Assembly (NCBI GenBank): GCA_018003035.1
Contig: JAGNEX010000008.1
Location: forward strand, 10,167 to 74,166
From: Acidimicrobiia bacterium
GTDB lineage: Bacteria > Actinomycetota > Acidimicrobiia > IMCC26256 > JAGNEX01
Direction: 5' to 3'
DNA length: 64,000 nucleotides
Every line of letters begins with the position of its first letter. Positions within the stretch are counted from its first letter, which is position 1. The notes below the pieces were generated by a model. It was not told the DNA's origin. It did no database searches and was given only the letters and a program-made list of their open reading frames with translations. This document shows positions 53,400 to 62,491 of the stretch, in pieces. The position numbers were made by a program, and so were the translations under genes.

Positions 53400-55139
53400 C
53401 TACGGCACACCCAAGAGGTCACGCAGTTCGGTGACGGGATCTTCGCCGGACATGTCGACAACCCCCGCGATCGGTCCGCCACTGCCGACGAGAGCGGCGA
53501 GGGCTCTCGAGGTCGGCCCGGGTTTTGCCGGCAGCTGGGTGGTTGCAATGATCCAGTTATCGATCCGAACCCGGGATCGAGGGTCTGACGTTCCCGTCAT
53601 TGCGACGCTTGCTTTGGCGATTGCTTTCCAGAGCGCATCGGAGCGACGAAGACCTGATCGGGTGGTTGATCCGTGAGGGCCGATGACGTCGATCGCGACC
53701 GTCTGCCCCGAGCTGGTTGTACCGATCCACGACACGGTGAGTCCGTGCCCTACCGAGACGGCGGCCGCCAGATCTGAGAGCCCGGCCGCCTGGGCCAGAA
53801 TCTCGGCCAAGTCGGTTGCTTTGATACCGCTGCGCGCCGCGGCGGCGAAGCGATCTGCATGATGCGACGGGTTGTCGGTCGTAGAGCCTGTTGACACGGA
53901 TCGGTCGGAACCCGCTGTGGACTGGGAGGGCCGCCCGGTCACGCCGGATGCGGCGCGACCTTCGGTCGCTTCACATTGAGTCGCCGCACGTTCTCCTTCA
54001 ATACGGGCAAGAGCTGCGGCGGCGTATTCGGGTTCTGTGTCAAAGCCAGCGAAATGACGCCCAGTACGCACGGCAGCAACGGCGGTGGTGCCCGAACCCA
54101 TGAACGGATCGAGGACGAGGTCGCCCTCGTAGGTAAAGAGGCGAATGCACCGCTGCGGCAGGTCGACCGGGAAGGGTGCCGGATGCCCGACTCGAGTGGC
54201 TGATTCGGCTGGAAGGTCCCACACGTCCAAGGTGGCTTCCATGAACTCATCGACCGAGATATCGGCGGTCGAGGGCAGCCCCAGACGCTCTCGCCTGGCG
54301 GCGCTCAATGCCCGATCGAAGCGCCCTTTTGACGCGATGATCAACCGCTCGGTGGTGTCGCGGAGCACGGGGTTGGCGGGGGAGCGGAACGAGCCCCACG
54401 CGCAGTTGCCCCCCGCGCCGGCGGCCTTCCGCCAGATGACCTCGCCTCGCAACAACAGCCCCAATTCGTCCTGCAGAATGGTGGTGACGTCAGCAGAGAG
54501 CGACCGATAGGGCTTTCGCCCCAGATTGGCGACGTTGACGGCGATACGTCCGCCCGGTTCGAGTTTGCGGACACATTCACCAAACACGTCGGTCAGCATC
54601 TGCAGGTACTCGACGTAGCCGGCCGGAATGTGGCCTTCGCCGAGCGCCTCTTCGTATGCCTTTCCGGCAAAGTAAGGCGGTGATGTGACGACCAAGGCGA
54701 CGGAGTTGTCGGCGAGTTGGCCGCCCGAGGCGGCGTCCATGTCGCGAGCATCGCCGACCCAGATGCGGTCCTTGCCGTCGCCGGCGGGGGTGACCTGATC
54801 GTCATTGGAGATGATCGGTGACGGAAACCGTTCGTAAAAGGTTGTGGCGTCGTGAGATTCGCGCTTGCCCACACCGAAGTTTGAGGTGGAGGTTCCCCGA
54901 CGGGGCTGGGCTGGTCTGGACTTCACAGATACCTTCGTCCTGGTCGTTGTGGCGTCGTCGAAATTCGAGGCGCTCCCATTTTTGGCCCGAATCCCGGGCC
55001 GAGGCAGGGCTGCGCTGAACGCGAGGCGGGACGCGAGTCCGACGCGACTGACGGTTGGCGGATCGTATCGAACCGGGAGGTATCGACCGGCAGTACCAAA
55101 GCTGTCGAACTGCGACCTGTCTTGTCTGAGCTGTCCCAT
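53400..55139 (-). CDS. Beta-class (N4-C/N6-A) DNA methyltransferase fused to an unassigned ~190-aa C-terminal region
   Basis: Motif IV TSPPYF precedes motif I DPFMGSGTT. The start is taken at the Met at 55139, because the longer track ORF overlaps the divergent acyl-CoA dehydrogenase gene. A Ser/Thr/Gly linker leads into the extra domain. Confidence 0.85.
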   Translation of the reverse strand: MGQLRQDRSQFDSFGTAGRYLPVRYDPPTVSRVGLASRLAFSAALPRPGIRAKNGSASNFDDATTTRTKVSVKSRPAQPRRGTSTSNFGVGKRESHDATTFYERFPSPIISNDDQVTPAGDGKDRIWVGDARDMDAASGGQLADNSVALVVTSPPYFAGKAYEEALGEGHIPAGYVEYLQMLTDVFGECVRKLEPGGRIAVNVANLGRKPYRSLSADVTTILQDELGLLLRGEVIWRKAAGAGGNCAWGSFRSPANPVLRDTTERLIIASKGRFDRALSAARRERLGLPSTADISVDEFMEATLDVWDLPAESATRVGHPAPFPVDLPQRCIRLFTYEGDLVLDPFMGSGTTAVAAVRTGRHFAGFDTEPEYAAAALARIEGERAATQCEATEGRAASGVTGRPSQSTAGSDRSVSTGSTTDNPSHHADRFAAAARSGIKATDLAEILAQAAGLSDLAAAVSVGHGLTVSWIGTTSSGQTVAIDVIGPHGSTTRSGLRRSDALWKAIAKASVAMTGTSDPRSRVRIDNWIIATTQLPAKPGPTSRALAALVGSGGPIAGVVDMSGEDPVTELRDLLGVP

Positions 55140-55289
55140 GAGTCGAAACGTAGCGACGCCGTGTGACAGCGGCCCAGGGGCGAACCGCCTCCGGGGCGGG
55201 CGCGAGCACGCATCGTGTCGCGGTCCAACCGGTAGCATCGGGCGACTGGGGAAGTTTCGTCGCCCCCCGGGGCGCAAAGAAGGGGTCCA

Positions 55290-56495
55290 ATGTCCGACAC
55301 CACTACTCAACGAACGCTTGTCGATGAGGCGATCGACTCGCTGCTCGCTGCAGTCGATCCAAAAACAACCTCGACGGTCGCCTTTCGAGAGCAGCAGTTC
55401 GACGCTGGGCTTGCGTGGGTCCACCACCCTGTCGGATATGGGGGCCTCGGCGTCGACGCCGAGTATCAGGTGTACGTGAACCAGCGCCTCGCGGAGGCCG
55501 GCTGTCCGGCGATGCCGCCCGAGGCCTTCTTCTTGCACCTCGCGGGACCCACGATCATGGCGCACGGGTCCGATGCCCAACGTCAGCGCTACCTGCGTCC
55601 GATGTTTTCCGGAGAAGAGACCTGGTGTCAGCTCTTTTCCGAACCCGGTGCTGGTTCAGACTTCGCAGGCCTTGGTTGCAAGGCCGTTAAGGACGGAGAC
55701 GAGTGGATCGTCAACGGCCAGAAGGTCTGGAACACCCTCGCCCATCTCGCCAAGTGGGGGATGTTGGTCACCCGCACCGACCCTGACCAGCCCAAGCATC
55801 GTGGAATGACGTACTTCATCGTCGACATGGGTGCGCCCGGCGTCGAGGTGCGGCCGCTACGCCAGATCACGGGTGAGGCCGAATTCAACGAGGTGTATCT
55901 GACCGACGTGCGGATTCCCGACGACCAACGTGTCGGCGACCGCGGGGATGGTTGGCGGGTTGCCCTGACGACCTTGATGAACGAGCGAGTCGCAATCGGC
56001 GGCGCGGTCGGCACGCCCGGACGCAATATCGGACCGATCGCCGACCTGTTGAACACCTGGCAAGCGGTGCCCGAGGGCGAGCGCAACCCCGTGGCGCGTG
56101 ACCGCGTCACGTCGCTGTACTGCCGGGCCGAGACGCTCCGACTGCTCAACGTTCGGGCGAGAGAATCGATGCGTAGCGGGATACCCGGTCCAGAAGGTTC
56201 GATCGCCAAACTGGCGCTCGCCGAGCTAACCAAGGCGATCTACGAAACCTGCCTGGATATCGAAGGCATGGCATCGACCATCGACTACGACTTCACCTTC
56301 CGCCGCCCGGGTGAACTCGACCTGACCGGCGCGGGGAGTGGAATCCACCACGCGTTCCTCCGGGTGAGAGCCAACTCGATCGAAGGCGGAACCTCAGAGA
56401 TCATGCGCAACATCCTTGGCGAACAGGTCCTTGGATTGCCCGGTGAGCCCCGGCCCGATAAGGGCGTGCCGTGGAAGGATGTTCCTAGGAACTAA
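55290..56495 (+). CDS. Acyl-CoA dehydrogenase
   Basis: ACAD motifs WCQLFSEPGAGSD, KVWNT and the C-terminal IEGGTSEIMRNILGE. Confidence 0.9.
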   Translation: MSDTTTQRTLVDEAIDSLLAAVDPKTTSTVAFREQQFDAGLAWVHHPVGYGGLGVDAEYQVYVNQRLAEAGCPAMPPEAFFLHLAGPTIMAHGSDAQRQRYLRPMFSGEETWCQLFSEPGAGSDFAGLGCKAVKDGDEWIVNGQKVWNTLAHLAKWGMLVTRTDPDQPKHRGMTYFIVDMGAPGVEVRPLRQITGEAEFNEVYLTDVRIPDDQRVGDRGDGWRVALTTLMNERVAIGGAVGTPGRNIGPIADLLNTWQAVPEGERNPVARDRVTSLYCRAETLRLLNVRARESMRSGIPGPEGSIAKLALAELTKAIYETCLDIEGMASTIDYDFTFRRPGELDLTGAGSGIHHAFLRVRANSIEGGTSEIMRNILGEQVLGLPGEPRPDKGVPWKDVPRN

Positions 56496-56619
56496 CCGGC
56501 CGAGAAGAGTTTTTGATCGGTTGAAACCAGGACGACCGGCGGTTGATTCAACTGCCGGTCGTTTGTCGTCGGGCGCGGATCGGGACACGGGCAAGGGCCG
56601 CCGGGTAGGCTCCCCGGCT

Positions 56620-57963
56620 ATGTCAATTTCTGCGATCCGTGACGCCATCAACGCCAACGCCAGCGCCGAGGAACTCGCCGCCCTTCCGGTCCCCACCGCG
56701 ACCCGCGCTGCATATGTCCTTGCCGACGAACAAGAGATGTTTGCCGGGGTCCCTTCCGAGGAGAAGGACCCGCGCAAATCCCTGCACGTCGGCGAAGTCG
56801 AACTTCCCGAGATCGCCCCGGACGAGTGCCTGGTCGCGGTCATGGCCAGCTCGATCAACTTCAACACCGTTTGGACGTCGATCTTTGAACCGCTGCCGAC
56901 GTTCGGCTTCCTCAAGCGTCTCGGTCGCGAGTCGCAGTGGGCGTCCCGACACGATCAACCGTTTCATGTCGTTGGTTCCGACGCCGCTGGCGTTGTCCTC
57001 CAAGCCGGTTCGGCGGTGCGTAACTGGCACGTCGGCGACCGTGTGACGGTCCATTGCAACTACGTCGACGACCAGGACCCATCGGCGCACGACGACTCCA
57101 TGTTGGCCGCCAACCAACGGATTTGGGGTTTCGAGACGAACTTCGGCGGTATGGCCGACCTGGCGATCGTCAAGGCCAACCAGTTAATGCCGAAGCCCGA
57201 ACACCTCAGTTGGGAAGAGGCAGCGTGTAACGCCCTCACCAACTCGACCTCGTACCGAATGGTCGTCAGCCCGAACGGCGCGCCGGTTACCCAAGGCGAC
57301 GTCGTGCTCGTATGGGGTGCGACCGGCGGCCTCGGTGGCTACGCCTGCCAGTACATCCTCAACGCTGGCGCCACGCCCGTGGGTGTGGTTTCGTCCCAAG
57401 ACAAAGTCGATGTGCTGCACGAACTCGGCGTTGAGCACGTGATTGACCGCAAGGCGGAGGGCTACCGTTTCTGGCGCGACGAGCACACTCAAGACGAGTC
57501 GGAGTGGCGTCGCCTGGGTAAGCAGATCCGGTCGATGGTCGGACGTGACCCCAACATTGTCTTTGAACACCCCGGGCGCACCACGATGGGCGCGTCGGTG
57601 TTCGTGGCGTCACGGGGCGGGACCATCGTCACCTGCGCGGCGACGTCCGGCTACATGATCGAATATGACAACCGTCACCTCTGGATGAAGCTGAAGACGA
57701 TCAAGGGATCCCACTTTGCGAACTACCGCGAGGCGTGGGCCGCCAACCAAGCGATCGTCGACGGCAAGGTTCACCCGATCCTCTCTGAGGTCTACCCGCT
57801 TGAGGAGACGGGCGAGGCGGCGTACCGGGTCCACCACAACCTCCACGCTGGCAAAATTGGCATCCTGTGCCTGGCCGACGGTGAAGGTCAGGGCATTCGG
57901 AACGAGGAACTGCGTTCGAAGCACCAGCGCGAGATCGAGCTGTTCCGTCAGTTCGGCAAATAG
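56620..57963 (+). CDS. ccr: Crotonyl-CoA carboxylase/reductase
   Basis: Has DMFAG-type EMFAGVPSEEKDPRKSLHVGEVELPE, VAVMASSINFNTVWTSIFEPLPTFGFL and WGATGGLG. The ~447-aa size fits Ccr. Confidence 0.88.
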   Translation: MSISAIRDAINANASAEELAALPVPTATRAAYVLADEQEMFAGVPSEEKDPRKSLHVGEVELPEIAPDECLVAVMASSINFNTVWTSIFEPLPTFGFLKRLGRESQWASRHDQPFHVVGSDAAGVVLQAGSAVRNWHVGDRVTVHCNYVDDQDPSAHDDSMLAANQRIWGFETNFGGMADLAIVKANQLMPKPEHLSWEEAACNALTNSTSYRMVVSPNGAPVTQGDVVLVWGATGGLGGYACQYILNAGATPVGVVSSQDKVDVLHELGVEHVIDRKAEGYRFWRDEHTQDESEWRRLGKQIRSMVGRDPNIVFEHPGRTTMGASVFVASRGGTIVTCAATSGYMIEYDNRHLWMKLKTIKGSHFANYREAWAANQAIVDGKVHPILSEVYPLEETGEAAYRVHHNLHAGKIGILCLADGEGQGIRNEELRSKHQREIELFRQFGK

Positions 57964-57992
57964 ACGTCGGTTCGAGACGAAGGCGGCACATC

Positions 57993-58421
57993 GTGACCAC
58001 AACAGCGGACTCTTCGCAATCGCTTCTCATCGAAATCGATCACGTGGCGATTGCCGTTCGTGACCTCGAGGCCGCGATTGCCTACTACGGCGACACGTTC
58101 GGAGCGACGGTCGAACACCGTGAGCGCATCGATTCTGATGGTGTCGAAGAAGCGCTCATCAAGGTGGCCGACTCATACATCCAACTGCTGACGCCAGTTT
58201 CGGAGACGTCGCCGGTCGCCAAGTACTTGGCGAACAAGGGTGAAGGTATTCACCACGTCGGGTATCGGGTTGCGGACTGCGCACAGGCCCTCGACGCGGT
58301 AAAGGCGCAGGGGTACCGAACAATCGATCAGGCACCGCGTCCAGGTAGCCGGGGCACGACTGTGGCCTTTGTGCACCCCAAAGAAGCCTTTGGGACGTTG
58401 ATCGAACTCGTTCAGGAATAG
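57993..58421 (+). CDS. Methylmalonyl-CoA (ethylmalonyl-CoA) epimerase, VOC family
   Basis: Has IDHVAIAVRDLEAAI.., GEGIHHVGYRV and AFVHPK..GTLIELVQ. Confidence 0.85.
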   Translation: MTTTADSSQSLLIEIDHVAIAVRDLEAAIAYYGDTFGATVEHRERIDSDGVEEALIKVADSYIQLLTPVSETSPVAKYLANKGEGIHHVGYRVADCAQALDAVKAQGYRTIDQAPRPGSRGTTVAFVHPKEAFGTLIELVQE

Positions 58422-58444
58422 GCCCGGCAGTCGGGAGCTCGGTC

Positions 58445-59047
58445 GTGAACGACGCATCCGACGGCACGAACCTTCCCGGCGGCGCTCTGAACGCCCCGCG
58501 GTCTCAGCCCTCATCCGGGCCGACGGCGCCTGGCGGCTGTCGCATCACCAGCACCGACGACGACGCGCATCCGTGGCAGGAATGCCGCACCCAGCGCAAC
58601 GCGGATGGGAGCATTTCGTCGGTCTGGGAACGGTGGCTGGCCTTTCGGCAGGAGCCGCAATACCTCTCGCTCTACGCGCGTTGGGATCCGGGGATGATCG
58701 TCCGCCGCCATGGGCATCGGTCACCTCATGTGCTGCTGGTGCTCCAAGGCGAACTGCGCATCGACGGGGTCGCTTACGGCCCCGGAACTCACGTCGAGCT
58801 CCCCGACGGTGAAGAGTTCGGTCCTTTCGAGGCGGGTCCCGATGGGTGCGAACTCTTTGAGGTCATGATGGGCGATCCCCGCTCATGGACGAGCGGCTCA
58901 GAGGCCACCGACGAGTTACTTCGCGCTCGAGGAGTTACCCCCCTTCCTGACCCGCCGATTGCGCTTCCGGCGTGGCTCCGCGACACTCGCGCCGTGGGTG
59001 CCGATGAAGATTGGGCACCTAAGGCTCCTGAAGGCGGTCAGGGCTGA
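58445..59047 (+). CDS. Cupin-domain protein
   Basis: Cupin core RRHGHRSPHVLLVLQGELRIDG...GTHVELP. The N-terminal ~60 aa are low complexity, so the start is uncertain. Confidence 0.5.
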   Translation: MNDASDGTNLPGGALNAPRSQPSSGPTAPGGCRITSTDDDAHPWQECRTQRNADGSISSVWERWLAFRQEPQYLSLYARWDPGMIVRRHGHRSPHVLLVLQGELRIDGVAYGPGTHVELPDGEEFGPFEAGPDGCELFEVMMGDPRSWTSGSEATDELLRARGVTPLPDPPIALPAWLRDTRAVGADEDWAPKAPEGGQG

Positions 59048-59102
59048 CCTGGGTCGACCGCTCACAGGTGCTTCTTTCCGGCGCAAAACAACGGAGTGCT
59101 CT

Positions 59103-60422
59103 GTGAACCCCCTGATCCGTCAACCAGTCCACATCGTCACCAAGTCGCTTTCCCCGTCCGAGCGTCAAGCGTTACGTGAACGGGACGAACGACGGCGCCG
59201 TCGGGTGGCTCTCGGCATCGTGTTCTTCTTGGCCGCCCTGCTGCTCGTTGCGGTAGGTCTTAGGCCGGTTTCTGCCGGCGCCACGACACCGCCGAACCCG
59301 TGTCCCGTCGATCTGAGGGCGCAGACCGATCAGCTGCCACACCAAGACGTGCTTCGCTACGCGAAAACGGGGCCGTACGCTGCTGGAGTGCGCACAACGA
59401 CGCTTGGGGGCCTGCCGGTTGAGGTGTGGTACCCGGCCGACCCGTGCGCCGCGACGTCGTTGCCTCGCGACGTCTATGACGTCCGTGACTGGGTTCCGAA
59501 CTGGGCCCAAAAGCTGTTGGACAAGTTGATCGGTCCCTACGACTCGACCGTGACAACCAATGCATACCGGGACTTGCCACCCGCTCCCGGACAGCATCCG
59601 TGGACCTTCATGATTCACGGGTTCCCGAGCTACCGAAATCAGAGCACCGTGCTGACGTCGCATTTGGCGTCTTGGGGTTACGTCGTGATCAGCCCCGACC
59701 GGACTAAGGGCAACCTGCCGGCAATTCTCAGCGGCAAGATCCTTGGAGCCGTGACGGGAGTTGCCGAAGTCGACGACCTGCTGCGCTTGATGGATGACCT
59801 GCGCGCACAGGCAGCAACGCCCGGCAACTTCTTTAATACGACGATGGACCTTTCTCGAGGAGCTGCGATCGGTCACTCCTGGGGTGGCTACACCACCGGT
59901 GGGCTCGCAGGACTCCCGGAGATCAAGGCAACGATTCCGTTGGCTCCGGCGGGTCGCATGAGGGCCGCCGATTCGCGCAGTGCGGCGGCGGCGCAGCAGA
60001 GCTCGACCGCAAACAAACCCGTGTTGTTCATCACCGGATCGGACGAGGCGTGGGTGTCAGACCTGTTCGTCAGCGAAGGCATCCGACTGGAGACGGCGCC
60101 GGTCGGCCAGATCGACCTGTTGGGCGGCGGTCACTTGAGCTTCACCGACCTGTGTGCGGTCGGTGGTGAAGGCATTTGGCGGATCATGAATCGCCTCCCG
60201 GTGATCCCCGACGCCCTCATGACCCCCCTGCTCGGGGACGGCTGTGTCCCGTCGGATTTGGACTACATGTCGGCGTACGCCGTGACTGCGGACGCGTCGG
60301 TAGCGCTCCTCGAAGCTGTTCTCAAGGGCGATTCGACTGCGTGGAGTGCCTTCGACGAACTGAGTGCCCTACCGTTTGTCGTCCAGCCGCACAGGTTGGA
60401 TCCGACGCGGGTCGGCAGCTGA
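59103..60422 (+). CDS. Membrane-anchored alpha/beta hydrolase (PAF-acetylhydrolase/lipase-like)
   Basis: GTG start after the cupin stop. Has an N-terminal TM helix, the nucleophile elbow GHSWGG, and the upstream HGFPS..LASWGYVVISPD. Confidence 0.75.
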   Translation: MNPLIRQPVHIVTKSLSPSERQALRERDERRRRRVALGIVFFLAALLLVAVGLRPVSAGATTPPNPCPVDLRAQTDQLPHQDVLRYAKTGPYAAGVRTTTLGGLPVEVWYPADPCAATSLPRDVYDVRDWVPNWAQKLLDKLIGPYDSTVTTNAYRDLPPAPGQHPWTFMIHGFPSYRNQSTVLTSHLASWGYVVISPDRTKGNLPAILSGKILGAVTGVAEVDDLLRLMDDLRAQAATPGNFFNTTMDLSRGAAIGHSWGGYTTGGLAGLPEIKATIPLAPAGRMRAADSRSAAAAQQSSTANKPVLFITGSDEAWVSDLFVSEGIRLETAPVGQIDLLGGGHLSFTDLCAVGGEGIWRIMNRLPVIPDALMTPLLGDGCVPSDLDYMSAYAVTADASVALLEAVLKGDSTAWSAFDELSALPFVVQPHRLDPTRVGS

Positions 60423-60470
60423 TCGAATCCCGCGTGAGACCTGCATCGATCTGACAAAGGGAGCCCGCCA

Positions 60471-60827
60471 ATGGCCGAAGTGACGATTCTCCACAACAAG
60501 AGCTGCGGTTCTTCCCGCAACGCGCTGGCGATTGTTGAGGACTCAGGTGCCGACTTTGAAGTGGTCGAGTATTTGAAGAACAAGCCGGATCGTGAGTTCT
60601 TGACCCGCCTCGTCGGCATCTTGGACGGACCGGTGGAGGACCTGGTGCGCAAAGACGCTCGGTTCGCCAAGCTCGGACTGAATCCTGAGGACTACACCAC
60701 ACCCGGCGCTGTCGTCGATCTGCTGGTTGACGAGACTGCGCTGTTGCAACGCCCGATCGTGATCAAAGGTGATCGGGCGGTCATTGGTCGTCCAAAGGAG
60801 CGCGTTTCTGAACTACTCGCCGAGTAG
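60471..60827 (+). CDS. arsC: ArsC family (glutaredoxin-type) arsenate reductase-like protein
   Basis: N-terminal ILHNKSCGSSRNAL and the C-terminal LLQRPIVI. Confidence 0.8.
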   Translation: MAEVTILHNKSCGSSRNALAIVEDSGADFEVVEYLKNKPDREFLTRLVGILDGPVEDLVRKDARFAKLGLNPEDYTTPGAVVDLLVDETALLQRPIVIKGDRAVIGRPKERVSELLAE

Positions 60828-61757
60828 GTGACGACCTCGACGGGACCCCGAGTCGCCGAACTCTGGAGATACCCGATTAAGTCCTTCCGGGGGGAACGGC
60901 TCGGCTCGGTGGCGGTGACACCGCGCGGTTTTGAAGGCGACCGTCTCTGGATGGTCGTGAACTCGCGCGGGGAGATGGTGACTCAGCGTTCGACGCCTGT
61001 CCTTGCGACGATCGAAGCTCGGTGGATCAACGGTCGCGTGGTGCTCGAGTATCCAGGCATGGAGCCACTTTTGCTCACACCGCCTGCCGACGATGCTCCG
61101 GCCGTGGAGACGCAGGTCTGGCGGAGCTCGTTGACCCTCCGGGACGGTGGGGATCACGCCGCGTCCTGGTTGTCTGCGGTTGTCGGTGAGACCTTGAGGG
61201 TCGCTTTCATGCCCGGCGACATCACGCGCCCGGTCAATCCGGCGTTCGATCCGTTCGGGGGTCAGGAGGTGGGTCTTGCTGATGGCTACCCCCTGCTGAT
61301 CGTGTCGCTGGCATCTCTTCGGGCACTGAGCGACGCCACCAATATCGACATCCCGGTCGACCGGTTTCGGGCGAACATCGTCGTCGACGGCTGCGAGCCC
61401 TGGGATGAAGACACCTGGGAAACGCTCCAGATCGGAAGCTGGGAGATCGCGGTCACCAAACCCTGCGAACGATGTTCAGTGCCTGGTGTCGACCAACAGA
61501 CCGGTCGTCGCGTTCCCGGGGTTATCGACGCTCTCAACTCCCTGCGCGGGACGTCGGGAGGCCCACCGCTCTTTGGCGTCAATGCGGTTGCCCGTCCGCT
61601 GGTCCCCGGGTCAGCGCCGAAAGCATTCTCGACCCAGCTTCCCGGTACAGCAAACGCCCGAGTCGCGTGCGGGCAAAAAGGAAATGTGAGGCAAGATCAA
61701 ATTGCTGTGGGGGATACGATGGCGGTCCTCACTCGCGCGGCTCCTCCGTCGGTATAG
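60828..61757 (+). CDS. MOSC domain-containing protein
   Basis: N-terminal beta-barrel motif LWRYPIKSFRGE. MOSC core FRANIVV and the conserved Cys in KPCERC. It starts directly after the arsC stop. Confidence 0.88.
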   Translation: MTTSTGPRVAELWRYPIKSFRGERLGSVAVTPRGFEGDRLWMVVNSRGEMVTQRSTPVLATIEARWINGRVVLEYPGMEPLLLTPPADDAPAVETQVWRSSLTLRDGGDHAASWLSAVVGETLRVAFMPGDITRPVNPAFDPFGGQEVGLADGYPLLIVSLASLRALSDATNIDIPVDRFRANIVVDGCEPWDEDTWETLQIGSWEIAVTKPCERCSVPGVDQQTGRRVPGVIDALNSLRGTSGGPPLFGVNAVARPLVPGSAPKAFSTQLPGTANARVACGQKGNVRQDQIAVGDTMAVLTRAAPPSV

Positions 61758-61879
61758 ACAGCTCCAACAGGTCTCCTTGACCAGCGGTCCCGACGCCGGT
61801 TCCCCACACGACTCCTTATCTAGCGACCACTCCCTCAGGCAGACGTTTGTCATCCTCGGGAGATGAACGTGGGACATGC

Positions 61880-62386
61880 ATGGACCGATCTCCGTCAAAC
61901 TCGAACAACCTGATAGCGCGTCTGGCGGCAAAGGCCGATCTTCGGAAGTTGCTGCGCTATTCCGCGGTGTCGGTCGTATCGATTCCGCTCACACAGCTGC
62001 TTTTGTTCCTGTTTTATGAGGTGCTTGGTTGGGGGGCGACCTGGTCAAACTTTTGGGCGGTCACTCTGACGTCCATCCCGGCCTACTTCATGAATCGTGC
62101 GTGGGTGTGGGGCAAGTCGGGTTCTCACGACCTTCGAGGTGAGGTTCTCCCGTTCTGGCTTGTGGCGATCGCTGGTCTGGCCTTGTCGATGGTGTTTGTC
62201 GCCTGGGCAGAGAAGAACATCGACTCTTCCCTGGCCGTCTATGCCGCCAACATCGCGGCGTTCGGGGTCGTGTGGATCGTCAAGTTCATCATTCTCGAGA
62301 AGCACATGTTCGGGGCGCACACCCACACCGACGCGTCGTCGACTGCACCCGATTCGACGGAAACGGCAAAGAGCGCCGCTCGTTAG
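61880..62386 (+). CDS. GtrA family membrane protein
   Basis: Four TM helices with RYSAVSVVS...NRAWVWG, typical of GtrA-like proteins. Confidence 0.8.
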   Translation: MDRSPSNSNNLIARLAAKADLRKLLRYSAVSVVSIPLTQLLLFLFYEVLGWGATWSNFWAVTLTSIPAYFMNRAWVWGKSGSHDLRGEVLPFWLVAIAGLALSMVFVAWAEKNIDSSLAVYAANIAAFGVVWIVKFIILEKHMFGAHTHTDASSTAPDSTETAKSAAR

Positions 62387-62491
62387 TTCCAGACACAGCA
62401 GCCGTTGAGGGCGGATCCCAACGGCAGGCGGGGTTTCGCTTACGTCAGCCGGTTGCCGTGCGCCGGAGCCGTCCCGATACGCTCTCGGCCT

